Positions 49,944-59,235 of a stretch of DNA of 64,000 nt are shown here, piece after piece (position 1 is the stretch's first letter; each line of letters starts with the position of its first letter). The notes under the pieces were generated by a model. It was not told the origin of the DNA, made no database searches, and saw only the letters and a list, made by a program, of their open reading frames with translations. The stretch is taken from assembly GCA_043805735.1 (NCBI GenBank), contig JAZDHS010000022.1:38950-102949 (forward strand), given 5' to 3'. The stretch is from Candidatus Omnitrophota bacterium. Its GTDB lineage: Bacteria > Omnitrophota > Gorgyraeia > JAFGHF01. Made by a program: the position numbers and the translations under genes.

Positions 49944-49972
49944 ATTATACCATAACAAGGGCACTATTTCAA
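49944..49972 (-). promoter_or_regulatory. Sigma70-type promoter (TTGAAA-17-TATAAT) upstream of the TrpB2 gene
   Basis: TTGAAATAGTGCCCTTGTTATGGTATAAT on the minus strand. Confidence 0.55.
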
Positions 49973-51303
49973 GGTTTTAGGAGGGTGTGCATCCGTATTA
50001 GTTCTCTTATCGATACCAGCGGGCCTTGGGGATGGCTTTTTAACTTATGCCACACTAGGACCATATCTTTAAAACGAGCGATCATCAGCCCGGAAATATT
50101 GATTGCCGCGATTAATCCCTGCCGGCTGGCGCAGAATGAATGCCGGGCGCGGATTAATTTCATTAACCCCGGGGGGGTAATTTTCGCCTTCGCCGCAATA
50201 CCCTGGGTGTATTGTTTGAATAGCGGTGATCTTTTTAATCCCTCAACTAATAATTTGACCTGGGAGGCATCCTGACGCGGAACAACTAAAGTAGCCTCTT
50301 CGGTATTAACAACCACCAGTTCCCGTAAACCGATCAGCACCAGCCTCACCTGGGCGCGGTTACAGAGCACACACTGTTTTGTATTATAGAGCGCAAGCCC
50401 TGAACCCTTCAGGATGACATTAGCGTCTTTATCGGCCGGGATGGCCAGGGCGTTCCAATTGCCCAGGTCATTCCAGCCAAAATCACTTTTTATTACCGCT
50501 ACGCCAATTGGGTGATCAATTTTTACTTTTTGCATTAGGCCAAAATCAAGAGAAATCTTATCAAGGCCTGAAAAAACTTTTTTGATTATTTTTTCCCTTT
50601 TTCGCAGATGCCAGGAACTCTCTATTTCCGCAAGGCCCTTGGCCAAATGCGGCATATACATCGCGATCGCCTGGCGCAACGTGTTTATTTCCCAAACAAA
50701 CATTCCGCTATTCCAAAGATACTTTCCTTGTTTGAGAAATTGGCGTGCCGTCTTGAGATTAGGCTTTTCCTTAAATTCTAAGGCCCACCTCGCCCCGCGC
50801 ACTGAGAGCCGTTTGCCGGTCCTGATATATCCGTATTCTACTGATGGACCACGGGGCGTTATTCCTAAGGTGACCAGATACGGGCCGGTTCGCGCCAAGC
50901 GAATTGCCGCGCTGAGTTTTTGGCGAAATAGCCGTTCCCGGCTGATTTCGTGATCCGCCGGCAATACCACCATCACTGCCTGGGGATAGCGCCGTTGCAA
51001 GACCGAGGCGGCATAGCCGATTGCCGCCGCCGTATCTTTTGTCATCGGTTCAAAAATATAATTACCTTCCGGAATATCGGGCAGTTGGAGCTTAATTTTC
51101 GCGGCTACCGCGCGCGTGGTAATAAAAAAAATTCTTTCCCTGGGGATGAGCGGACGAATTCGCTCCACCGTTTTCTGCACCATGGTCAAGCCATCTGGGG
51201 AAAAAGAACATACCGGCTTCGGCAGCGCCTCGGTACTGATCGGCCATAAGCGGGTCCCCCCGCCTCCCGCCAAAATTACCGCAATCACTTTTTGTGTAGG
51301 CAT
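49969..51303 (-). CDS. manC: Mannose-1-phosphate guanylyltransferase (GDP-mannose pyrophosphorylase family)
   Basis: 444 aa, AVILAGGGGTRLWPIS signature. Confidence 0.7.
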   Translation of the reverse strand: MPTQKVIAVILAGGGGTRLWPISTEALPKPVCSFSPDGLTMVQKTVERIRPLIPRERIFFITTRAVAAKIKLQLPDIPEGNYIFEPMTKDTAAAIGYAASVLQRRYPQAVMVVLPADHEISRERLFRQKLSAAIRLARTGPYLVTLGITPRGPSVEYGYIRTGKRLSVRGARWALEFKEKPNLKTARQFLKQGKYLWNSGMFVWEINTLRQAIAMYMPHLAKGLAEIESSWHLRKREKIIKKVFSGLDKISLDFGLMQKVKIDHPIGVAVIKSDFGWNDLGNWNALAIPADKDANVILKGSGLALYNTKQCVLCNRAQVRLVLIGLRELVVVNTEEATLVVPRQDASQVKLLVEGLKRSPLFKQYTQGIAAKAKITPPGLMKLIRARHSFCASRQGLIAAINISGLMIARFKDMVLVWHKLKSHPQGPLVSIRELIRMHTLLKP

Positions 51304-51326
51304 TTGAAACTTTACCTTTTATCTAA

Positions 51327-51366
51327 CGAAAAATCCCAAACGACACTCCGCCTGGGATTTTTCACG
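51327..51366 (-). terminator. Terminator after csp: AAAAATCCCA-loop-TGGGATTTTT
   Basis: Stem with flanking A/U tracts (bidirectional type). Confidence 0.6.
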
Positions 51367-51410
51367 CATTTGAAAAACCACTTATATAAGTTCTGCGCAC
51401 TTAGGAGACG

Positions 51411-51611
51411 CTACACCCGTGTTACGTTTTTAGCCTGCTCGCCTTTAGGGCCTGCTTCCACCTCAAATTCGACTTCTTGGCCTTCTTCTAACGATTTGTA
51501 GCCATCACCTTGGACCGCGCTGAAGTGTACGAAAATATCGCTGCCGCTGTCAGTGGTAATAAAGCCGTAACCTTTTTGGTTGGAAAACCATTTTACCTTG
51601 CCTCTTGCCAT
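51411..51611 (-). CDS. cspA: Cold-shock protein, CspA family
   Basis: 66 aa, [12 protein letters not shown] (RNP1) and FVHF (RNP2). Confidence 0.9.
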   Translation of the reverse strand: MARGKVKWFSNQKGYGFITTDSGSDIFVHFSAVQGDGYKSLEEGQEVEFEVEAGPKGEQAKNVTRV

Positions 51612-51639
51612 TACTCACTACCCCCCCTTCTGATACAGA

Positions 51640-51686
51640 CAACAAAAAACCGTAAGGCCTTTAAAGTTGCTTTCTGTCCTTACGGT
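51640..51686 (-). promoter_or_regulatory. Hairpin (CCGTAAGG-N20-CCTTACGG) followed by UUUUUUGUUG within the csp 5' leader: a terminator-like/attenuator structure
   Basis: Seen in the sequence; it lies between the predicted promoter and the csp RBS. Confidence 0.45.
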
Positions 51687-51720
51687 CAACCATTCCTACT
51701 CCCTGCATTTCTTCACTTTT

Positions 51721-51749
51721 TTTATACCACATTTATTTTTTTGTGTCAA
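51721..51749 (-). promoter_or_regulatory. Sigma70-type promoter (TTGACA-17-TATAAA) for the cold-shock gene, with a ~100 nt leader
   Basis: TTGACACAAAAAAATAAATGTGGTATAAA on the minus strand. Confidence 0.6.
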
Positions 51750-51764
51750 GTGAATTTCCAAAAA

Positions 51765-52094
51765 TCAAGGCTTAAGCAAGGCGATTTTAAGCGTGATGTG
51801 CACTTTATCCTGCCAGGGCCAAAACATCGCCAGCATTAGCGCGTCTTGAGTCTCTTTTTGAAACAGGGTTTGGTTGGGAAAGATCCCGCCAAACTCCTCC
51901 GTTACGGCCTCATCACGCGGCGAAGGTTCTTTACCTGCCGGTTTTACGGCTGGGCCCAAAAATTCACTCAGCGTTTTCTGCCACTGGCTCTCATCCTTGT
52001 TAAAAAAGACCAACTCACAGTAGTCTTCGCTTAAAGTCCGCTGCTCCTTAACTTCGAGGGTGCTACATTTATCAATAATTTCTTTAATGCTCAT
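51765..52094 (-). CDS. Hypothetical protein; start taken at the internal Met (MSIKEII) to avoid overlap with the upstream gene
   Basis: ORF only; no recognisable motif. Confidence 0.35.
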   Translation of the reverse strand: MSIKEIIDKCSTLEVKEQRTLSEDYCELVFFNKDESQWQKTLSEFLGPAVKPAGKEPSPRDEAVTEEFGGIFPNQTLFQKETQDALMLAMFWPWQDKVHITLKIALLKP

Positions 52095-52113
52095 TTTGAG
52101 CCTTTCTTTAAGC

Positions 52114-53412
52114 CTAAAGGACAAAAAGCTGGTCGCGGATTTTATTGGCGATATCCCTGGCCACAACGACCTTATCGTAAAGCTGTGTCTTGGAATCATC
52201 TTTTTTCTGGTCCGAGACCTTAATTGCTTTATAGGCGTTAACGATTACCTCTTCCTGCAGCATCAAGCCTTTATTAATCATGTTTAAGTTCCACATCCCC
52301 CGGTCCTTATTCGCCCACCAGAATTGACAGCTGTGAATCGCCTCGTCAACCAGCGAACGGGCAATCGTAAAAAACCGCTTGCTTTCCTCGTTGCCTTTAA
52401 GCCGTTCCGCCTCATCGACCAATGCAAAGCAGATATTGATATGCCGCCAGAGCAGCTCATGGATATAATTGCCCGGCCCCTTCCAGAGCGGATAATAGTT
52501 CCCTTGCTCAATATCTCCTTCGGTCGTGCTCCAGGAAGAAGGCTTAGGCGCCCTGGCGTCTTTAACCGGGAAAATCTTTAACAGCTCGCTAATCGTGACC
52601 ACGCGAATTTTATCAATCTCTTTGGACTCTAAGATATCTTTATGCGCCGAGGCTAAGTCCGTTCTCTGCTTGATATTTTCGTAATGTTTGGCGCCTTCGT
52701 CTATTTTTTCGTAAACATCAGCCAAAAATATTTCTTCCCAATTTTGAACATGGTGGCCGAAGGTTTCCGCATCCATAGCGGTAATTACATAGGCGTCTTT
52801 TTTGTCTTTGCTTAAATTAACGAGCTCGGCGACAAACCCGGCGCTGTCAATGTTATGAAAACTGATTTTATTGCTTAAGATGTCGTCGCGATAAAGCACG
52901 ACCATACCGTTAACGCCCAGCGGTATCTTATTGAGCGTGTCCAGGGGCCATTTCGTCCCGCAGGCCACGCCGCTGATCAGCACCCAGCGGTAGGCCATCG
53001 CACTCAGGACGCTGACCAGCTCATCGGAATAACACATTTCCGGAGGAAAAAAACCTTCCGTCTTATAGGCCTGTTTGAAAAAAAAGGCATTGGTCTTATG
53101 GTTAAGCTCAATTTGCCGGCGGATTTCTTTCTTCGGGATCAGCGACAGGATCGGGTGGTATTTTCCGGAATCAACAAATTCAATCTGGCCATTTTCGGCC
53201 AACTCTTTGATATCAGAAACGATATCAATAGCGCCATGGGCGCTGAGCATCTCGGTAAGCACCCCGCAGATATTAATTGTCGCTTTGGCACTGGGATGCT
53301 CTTTAAGCATCTTTAACAGCGGCCGGTAGGATTCCTTGCAGACCTTTTCCAGGATAGCGTGGAATTGCGTCGGCGGCTGATAGAAATGCAAAAACGGCGC
53401 CCAATAAATCAT
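52114..53412 (-). CDS. Glycoside hydrolase family 57 protein (alpha-glucan-active)
   Basis: 432 aa; N-terminal LHFYQP matches the GH57 HxHQP region, followed by YxPLL...E.P motifs. Confidence 0.6.
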   Translation of the reverse strand: MIYWAPFLHFYQPPTQFHAILEKVCKESYRPLLKMLKEHPSAKATINICGVLTEMLSAHGAIDIVSDIKELAENGQIEFVDSGKYHPILSLIPKKEIRRQIELNHKTNAFFFKQAYKTEGFFPPEMCYSDELVSVLSAMAYRWVLISGVACGTKWPLDTLNKIPLGVNGMVVLYRDDILSNKISFHNIDSAGFVAELVNLSKDKKDAYVITAMDAETFGHHVQNWEEIFLADVYEKIDEGAKHYENIKQRTDLASAHKDILESKEIDKIRVVTISELLKIFPVKDARAPKPSSWSTTEGDIEQGNYYPLWKGPGNYIHELLWRHINICFALVDEAERLKGNEESKRFFTIARSLVDEAIHSCQFWWANKDRGMWNLNMINKGLMLQEEVIVNAYKAIKVSDQKKDDSKTQLYDKVVVARDIANKIRDQLFVL

Positions 53413-53440
53413 CGGTCTCCTCCTAACCCTAAAGGGTAGG
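53410..53440. repeat. Copy of the TACCCTTTAGGGTTA palindrome immediately upstream of the GH57 gene RBS (AGGAGG), next to an imperfect 9-10 bp hairpin (~53429-53468)
   Basis: Reverse-complement match to the core repeat. Confidence 0.55.
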
Positions 53441-53523
53441 CCTTCGTAATTCCATATTAACGAAGGGCCTAAATAAGTATTATTACCTTTAACTTAGCAT
53501 TATCGCAAATTAATCGGATACTG

Positions 53524-53898
53524 TCAATACTCGTCTGCACCGGGGCGAAAGGAACGCGCGTTTTTCTTTTCCGAACGCTCGCGCTTTGATTGCAGCATTT
53601 TTTCTTTGGCCCGTTTTGAGCGCTTGCGTTTTTGCCGGCGGATTTTTGCGATCCGCTTTTGCTCCTCGGAAAGCCGGCCCTTAACAAGGGTTTCAATTTT
53701 GTCGGCTAAAATCCTTCTGGCTAAAAAACGGTTGAGCGCCTGCGAGCGTTCAATTTGGCATTTCACCTCAATACCCGAAGGCCGGTGGCATAAATAGACG
53801 CAGCTAGAGGACTTATTGACCTTCTGCCCGCCCTTTCCGCCAGAGCGAATAAACATCTCCGTCAGGTCGGCCTCGCGAATTCCCAGTTCGCGCATTTT
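53524..53898 (-). CDS. arfB: Peptidyl-tRNA hydrolase ArfB (alternative ribosome-rescue factor, GGQ domain); start placed at an internal Met
   Basis: GGKGGQKVNK GGQ motif, basic C-terminal tail. Confidence 0.7.
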   Translation of the reverse strand, partial: KMRELGIREADLTEMFIRSGGKGGQKVNKSSSCVYLCHRPSGIEVKCQIERSQALNRFLARRILADKIETLVKGRLSEEQKRIAKIRRQKRKRSKRAKEKMLQSKRERSEKKNARSFRPGADEY

Positions 53899-53965
53899 CT
53901 CGCCCAAGGCATCTTGTTTGGCTTTACTGATAAACATCTCTATAGAGACACTCCGTTTCGAACCA

Positions 53966-54772
53966 TTACTCTTTGTGTAATAGGCTACGGGCGATTCTTT
54001 CCTCAACTTTAGGATGAAGCAGAACAATCAGTAATCCCCCGATAATATTTCCGATTGTGACCGGGATCAGATTATTGAAGATATTCAAGAACTGGGAAAA
54101 TCCCTCGCCACTTGCCAAAAGTCCCGCCGGCAAAAAATACATGTTGGCCACAGAGTGCTCATATCCTGAGACGACAAAGGTCAAAATGGGAAAATAAATT
54201 CCGAAAATCTTACCGATTACGGTACGCGAGGCGAGCGACATAATCACCGCAAGACACACCAGCATATTACAAAGTATCCCCAGTGCTATGGCCGACCCAA
54301 AACCGAGTTGTAACTTGGTCTGGGCAATTTTAACTGCAGTAATACCCACGGCGGTAACGTTGCCCCCTTGCCCCAAAAGTCCCGCTTTAAAAACCAACCA
54401 GACAATCAGTAACGCACCACACAAATTGCCAAAATATACGATCAACCAGTTACGTAACATTTTGGTAAAAGTGTAGCGATGGTAAATAAAACCGATCGCC
54501 ATCAGAATGTTACCGGTAAAAAGTTCTGAGCCAGGGATTAATACGAGCATCAGTCCTACACTAAAAACGCTGCCAGCAAGAAATTTAGCAATACAAGGGT
54601 TAAGCGTGCTGTCACTTAAGACGGCAATAGCACAATGAGCACCAAAAGAAATGTATATCCCGGCTAGTACTCCAAAAATAAAAAGCTCAAGAAGACCGGC
54701 ATTGGCCTTTTTTTCCCCAATGCTTCTTATGGCCCTGGAAATTTCCAGAGGACTTAATATCGTGTTTTCCAT
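53966..54772 (-). CDS. Formate/nitrite transporter (FNT) family channel
   Basis: About 268 aa, multi-TM, FNT signatures (LAGSVFSVGLMLV...GSELFTGN). Confidence 0.75.
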   Translation of the reverse strand: MENTILSPLEISRAIRSIGEKKANAGLLELFIFGVLAGIYISFGAHCAIAVLSDSTLNPCIAKFLAGSVFSVGLMLVLIPGSELFTGNILMAIGFIYHRYTFTKMLRNWLIVYFGNLCGALLIVWLVFKAGLLGQGGNVTAVGITAVKIAQTKLQLGFGSAIALGILCNMLVCLAVIMSLASRTVIGKIFGIYFPILTFVVSGYEHSVANMYFLPAGLLASGEGFSQFLNIFNNLIPVTIGNIIGGLLIVLLHPKVEERIARSLLHKE

Positions 54773-54805
54773 CAAGGTTCCTCCTTTTGAATGGTGTAGC
54801 AAATG

Positions 54806-55579
54806 TCAGAGTAATTCAATGTCTGTTTTTTTAATCCACCCTTGTTTTGCGTCGGCGCGCTTAATCTTGAACCATTCTTTTTTAGCCGGTCCGACAATCA
54901 CGCTTTCGCCTTCGCTAAGCATAAAAAAGGTAGTGGCATCGGCAAACGGTTCAAATTTGCACTCCGCGTTAGCGACTACAATCACCGCTTTTTTGTACAC
55001 GACCGTATTATAGAATTGAATGCCCCAGAGGCTCGTGGCTATCAATAAGGCCGCTAATGACGCTGCCGTAAAATAGCCTAGGATTCTGCGCGCCCTTTTA
55101 AAGAAGATAAAAAGAACCGTAAAAAGAGCAGCCGCTACATATAAAAATACAGTTAAAACCGTGATTTTATCCAAATTAAACTCACCGGCCAAAGTAAGCA
55201 GCTGATCCGCCAGCCAATGCCTCTGGGCGGTGACCCGCCCTCCTTTAATCAGCGATTGCGCATAGGCAAGATTTGCTTTTAAGTCGGCGTCGTCCGGCAT
55301 CAGCCTCTGGGCGCGTAAATAATTAACGATGGCCTCCCCGAGGATCCCCTGTTTAAAATAGGCATTAGCTAAATTGTAATAGAGCGGACCACTTTCGTAA
55401 TCTAATTTCAGCGCTTCTTCATAAGCGGCAATCGCCTGGTCGAATTTCTCTTCGGCGTAACTGGCGTTCGCCTGGTAAAATAGCGCCTGGGCCGAGGCAA
55501 TTTCGTCGGCCCGGGCAGCCGATACGCCGATAGATAACATACTTACAATCAATAATATTTTAGCGCAGGGCTTAAGCAT
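54806..55579 (-). CDS. batE: Aerotolerance protein BatE-like (TPR repeats plus TM plus C-terminal SH3-like domain)
   Basis: 257 aa; TPR motifs (YYNLANAYFKQG); operon context. Confidence 0.6.
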   Translation of the reverse strand: MLKPCAKILLIVSMLSIGVSAARADEIASAQALFYQANASYAEEKFDQAIAAYEEALKLDYESGPLYYNLANAYFKQGILGEAIVNYLRAQRLMPDDADLKANLAYAQSLIKGGRVTAQRHWLADQLLTLAGEFNLDKITVLTVFLYVAAALFTVLFIFFKRARRILGYFTAASLAALLIATSLWGIQFYNTVVYKKAVIVVANAECKFEPFADATTFFMLSEGESVIVGPAKKEWFKIKRADAKQGWIKKTDIELL

Positions 55580-55582
55580 CGT

Positions 55583-57403
55583 TTATCCCTTCACCTTTTC
55601 CAGGGCGTCAATAATTTCCTCCAAAAGCGCTAAGGTGCCGCGCATTTCCTCCTTAGTAATACTCGCCGGGGCATAGCGGGCCATATCGCAGCGGTTAAAA
55701 CAATCCTTAAGCTTGGCTAAGAGTTCCGCGGCAATAGCCCGGGCTTGTAGTTGGGTAATTACGTCAGCGGTAATACCGCCTCTGGGCAAATGGAACTTAT
55801 CGCCCAGATATTCCTGCAGTGTTTTAAACACGGCGTCAAAAAAACGCTGTGGCTGGTTGGCACCAAGCAAATGCCGTAGCTGGCGGATATTTTTTCGCGC
55901 CTTTCCGGGAGCACGCAGCCGTCGCGCATAACGCACATCGGTCTCTAAACGCTCTCTTCTCTTTTGTAACACGGCCACTAAAATAACGGCCAATAACGGT
56001 ACTACTAACAGCATTAGAAAAATCCGGTTCTTATATAAGGCCTGGCCCCTTCGTTGAATTACCCCCGGGGAATCCTTAATGAAAATTATATCTTTGCCCA
56101 GCACTTCTTTATGCTGCAGCGATTCTTTGCCTTCTTCGCTGCGTTCAAAAATAGCCAGCTGGTCTGACTTCGCCAGGGGCGTGACCGTAATCGGTATTGG
56201 GCCGCGGGTCAGCTCTTCAAAGGCCTGCGTTTCGGGGTTAAAGGAACTGAATTTTACTGCCGGCACGAATTTAACACTCTCGTTGGTGGGGATAATTACC
56301 TGCTCAAATACTTTCGCGCTGTTTTCCTGGACTACCTGCGGATCGTATATTTTGAAATCGTTGCCGAAGTCCAGCGCCGGCGGTTTAACGGTTTTAAAAT
56401 TACCGCTGCCGAAGATGCTGATTTTTAACGTAATCGGATCGCCCACTTTTACTTCTCTGGGGTTAGCCTGGAGGTCAAATTTATAATTTCCGATCGCGCC
56501 ATTAAAAGACGAAGGCGCATTTTCTTCCGGTAGGGGCAATATCGCCATCGGCACATCCAGGGCCTTTAATTCCAAAGGATATAAATCATACTGATTAAAA
56601 AAGTTTCCTCCGAAAAAGTCGTCGTCAAACCAGGAAGGAGCTGCCGAGTGTTGGCGCACCAAGGCGTTACATTTTATCACCGCCGGCCCCAAACGTAAAT
56701 CGCCGCCCCAGAGCCCAAACGCCTCGGTTGTAAATTCGACCACGGTATAAGCAATGCCGTTCATTGCTTCTTGATATTGCCGCGGCACAGAATATTCGCC
56801 TACGGAAAAACCCTCATGGGCAAATTCCGGATACTGGATATCGCGGATGGCCATTCGGCTGACATATAGCTTCACTTTAATCGGAATAGCCTCATTAACA
56901 TAGGCCTGGCGCTTGCCTACTTCCATAACCACCAAGGCCCTGTTCTCCAATCCCTCGGGTTGGACCGGCGGAGCCTTTTCTTGCTGTCTGGGAGGCTGGT
57001 TATACTGGCCAGGCGACCCGGAAACCACCTCGATGGTAATTGGCGGAGATGTGTAAGTCTGGCCACGGTATTGTACGCTCAGCGCCGGAATCTCATAAGT
57101 GCCGGCTTGGTGGGTCAGCAAACGGTAGCGGTGGGTAATGGACACCGTGGTCACGCCGTTAATAATCGACATCATCCGCGCCGGGCCAAGGTATTGCCAA
57201 TCCATGCCCTCTACTCCCGGAAAATAAGGAGTAGCTATATCCTGAGTACCGTAAAAAGCGAAGTCGAGCTGGATATCCTCTCCCACAGAAACACGGGTGC
57301 GGTCTACTTTGACCTCAAAGGTAACCTCCTCGGCAAAACTAGACCCGCAGAGGCTCAAGAATACACAGAAAATAATCGCCCGCCTAAACTGTTTCATCAC
57401 CAA
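55583..57403 (-). CDS. batD: Aerotolerance protein BatD (large secreted/membrane-anchored protein)
   Basis: 606 aa, signal peptide, C-terminal TM; operon context. Confidence 0.6.
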   Translation of the reverse strand: MVMKQFRRAIIFCVFLSLCGSSFAEEVTFEVKVDRTRVSVGEDIQLDFAFYGTQDIATPYFPGVEGMDWQYLGPARMMSIINGVTTVSITHRYRLLTHQAGTYEIPALSVQYRGQTYTSPPITIEVVSGSPGQYNQPPRQQEKAPPVQPEGLENRALVVMEVGKRQAYVNEAIPIKVKLYVSRMAIRDIQYPEFAHEGFSVGEYSVPRQYQEAMNGIAYTVVEFTTEAFGLWGGDLRLGPAVIKCNALVRQHSAAPSWFDDDFFGGNFFNQYDLYPLELKALDVPMAILPLPEENAPSSFNGAIGNYKFDLQANPREVKVGDPITLKISIFGSGNFKTVKPPALDFGNDFKIYDPQVVQENSAKVFEQVIIPTNESVKFVPAVKFSSFNPETQAFEELTRGPIPITVTPLAKSDQLAIFERSEEGKESLQHKEVLGKDIIFIKDSPGVIQRRGQALYKNRIFLMLLVVPLLAVILVAVLQKRRERLETDVRYARRLRAPGKARKNIRQLRHLLGANQPQRFFDAVFKTLQEYLGDKFHLPRGGITADVITQLQARAIAAELLAKLKDCFNRCDMARYAPASITKEEMRGTLALLEEIIDALEKVKG

Positions 57404-58236
57404 TCCTTTAATGTCTCCGGCAAAGCGTGCACCGGTATTTTTTCCTTATAAAGCCCTTTGGGCTCTTCTTCACGGCTATAGTCTTCCAAAAGCCCCAACG
57501 CCTCTTTCTCGCTTAATTCATTGTTTGCCGACTGGCTTTGCTCAGCAGAACTTTTTTGTTCTTGCTGCTGGTTTTGCTCTTGCTCTTGCCGTTGCTGCTC
57601 TTGCCGTTGCTGCTCTTGCTGTTGCTGCTCTTCCTGGGCCTGCTGTTGTTCGCTCTGCTGCTGTTGTTCATTTTGCTGCCCACTCAGCCCGTTTTGCTGC
57701 TGTTGTTGCTGTTGCTGCTGCTGTTGTTGCTGTTTTTGCTGCTGCTTTTGCTCTTCTTTTTTAAGTAGCCGCTCGAGCTCTTTTTTTACGAATTCGTAAT
57801 TATACTTAGCGTCTTCGTCTTGGCCATTGAGCTCAATTGCCCGTTCATAATGCCGTAACGATTGTTTCAACAACCCAATCGCCCGCTCGAGATCCGTTTG
57901 CTCAAACCCAATACCGTATTTGTATTTGGCATTGCCAATATTATAGCTGGCGTTTTGCTCTAAAACCGGGATATCAGAAAGGAGGGATTTTTCGTATTGG
58001 CCAATCGCCGGTTCGTAATCTTGCATTTTATAGCTGGTGTTACCCAGGTTAAAATTTACAATATCAGAATCGGGCTGGCGCTTTTGCGCCTGCTCATACT
58101 CTTTTTGCGCTTCCTGAAAATGCCCTTCTTCGTACAAGACATTACCCTTTTTCACCTGACTTTTTAGCGAAGGCGCCGCCCAGGCGCTAGGCGCACAAAG
58201 GACAATGAACACTGCGACGATTAGAAAATATCTCAT
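57397..58236 (-). CDS. batC: Aerotolerance protein BatC-like TPR protein with Gln/Glu-rich low-complexity C-terminal region
   Basis: 279 aa, signal peptide, TPR, poly-Q tract. Confidence 0.6.
   Translation of the reverse strand: MRYFLIVAVFIVLCAPSAWAAPSLKSQVKKGNVLYEEGHFQEAQKEYEQAQKRQPDSDIVNFNLGNTSYKMQDYEPAIGQYEKSLLSDIPVLEQNASYNIGNAKYKYGIGFEQTDLERAIGLLKQSLRHYERAIELNGQDEDAKYNYEFVKKELERLLKKEEQKQQQKQQQQQQQQQQQQQNGLSGQQNEQQQQSEQQQAQEEQQQQEQQRQEQQRQEQEQNQQQEQKSSAEQSQSANNELSEKEALGLLEDYSREEEPKGLYKEKIPVHALPETLKDW
57520..57780 (-). repeat. CAG/CAA trinucleotide-rich tract encoding the poly-Gln/Glu region of BatC
   Basis: (CTG/TTG)n on + strand with internal sub-repeats (TTGCTGCTCTTGCCG x3). Confidence 0.85.
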
Positions 58237-59234
58237 ATTTTTCTTCTATCGTTAATACAGGGTTCTAATACTAAAAGCACAAGAGCCAGGCCAAGAGGAA
58301 TCTGGAAGCGCTCAAAATAATATTTGCTCATCTCGGCTTTAATATCCCTTTTTTCCATTTTAGAGAGTTTTTCTTCGTAAATCAAGTCCAGGCCAAACTC
58401 GGCCCCGCTGGCGCGGACAAATGTGGCGTCGGTGGCGATAGCGATTTTCTGTAGGATCTCCTCATTCAGCCGCGATTTGACTACATTGCCGGAATTATCC
58501 TTAAGAAAGGCCTTTTTCCCGGCCTGATCCTCGACCTGGATTAAATCCCCTTCACTGGTACCGATACCGATACAAAAAATCTTAATCCCTTGTGCCTTGG
58601 CCTCTTCGGCTAAGCCTAAGGGGTCGCCCTCATGATCTTCCCCATCAGTAATAATTACTAACGCCTTATATTTTTTCGCCGGTCCTTCAAAACTCTTGAT
58701 TGCGCTACGGATAGCGCTGGCCAGCGACGTACCGCCGCGGGGGATAGTCGTAATATTTAAATCGTTTAAGGCCAGTAAGAATCCGTCATAGTCCACGGTT
58801 AAAGGGCACTGCAGATAGGCCGTACCGGCAAAAGCGATTAAACCCAGGCGGTCGCCCTTTAACTTGCGGATCAGGTCCTTGACTGCCAGTTTTGACCTTT
58901 CCAGCCGGTTAGGTTTTACGTCGGCAGCGAGCATGCTCTTGGACACATCAATGGCGATTAAAATATCCAGGCCTCTTCTTTTTACCTCATGCCACTGGAA
59001 TCCCCACTGCGGCTGCAATAATGCCGTAATGCTTAAGGCCAACGCGCCGACCAAAAATGCCGCCTTCCAAAACTGTTTTTTGGGATTGACCGCCTGCGTT
59101 AATTCCGGCAACAGCTCGCTAGAGGCAAAAGAACGCAGCCGCGCCTGTCTGGCCTTACTGGACCAAAACAGAAAAAGGATTAGTAAAATAACCAGCCAAA
59201 ATGCTGATATATATTCAGCGTGGGCAAATCTCAT
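58233..59234 (-). CDS. batB: Aerotolerance protein BatB (TM plus von Willebrand factor A domain)
   Basis: 333 aa, VWA MIDAS motif DVSKSM. Confidence 0.7.
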   Translation of the reverse strand: MRFAHAEYISAFWLVILLILFLFWSSKARQARLRSFASSELLPELTQAVNPKKQFWKAAFLVGALALSITALLQPQWGFQWHEVKRRGLDILIAIDVSKSMLAADVKPNRLERSKLAVKDLIRKLKGDRLGLIAFAGTAYLQCPLTVDYDGFLLALNDLNITTIPRGGTSLASAIRSAIKSFEGPAKKYKALVIITDGEDHEGDPLGLAEEAKAQGIKIFCIGIGTSEGDLIQVEDQAGKKAFLKDNSGNVVKSRLNEEILQKIAIATDATFVRASGAEFGLDLIYEEKLSKMEKRDIKAEMSKYYFERFQIPLGLALVLLVLEPCINDRRKI

Positions 59235-59235
59235 C

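Noticed and set aside
57297-57799. + strand ORFs encoding poly-Leu/Ala/Cys
   Set aside because: Reverse-complement reading of the BatC CAG/CAA repeat; not genes.
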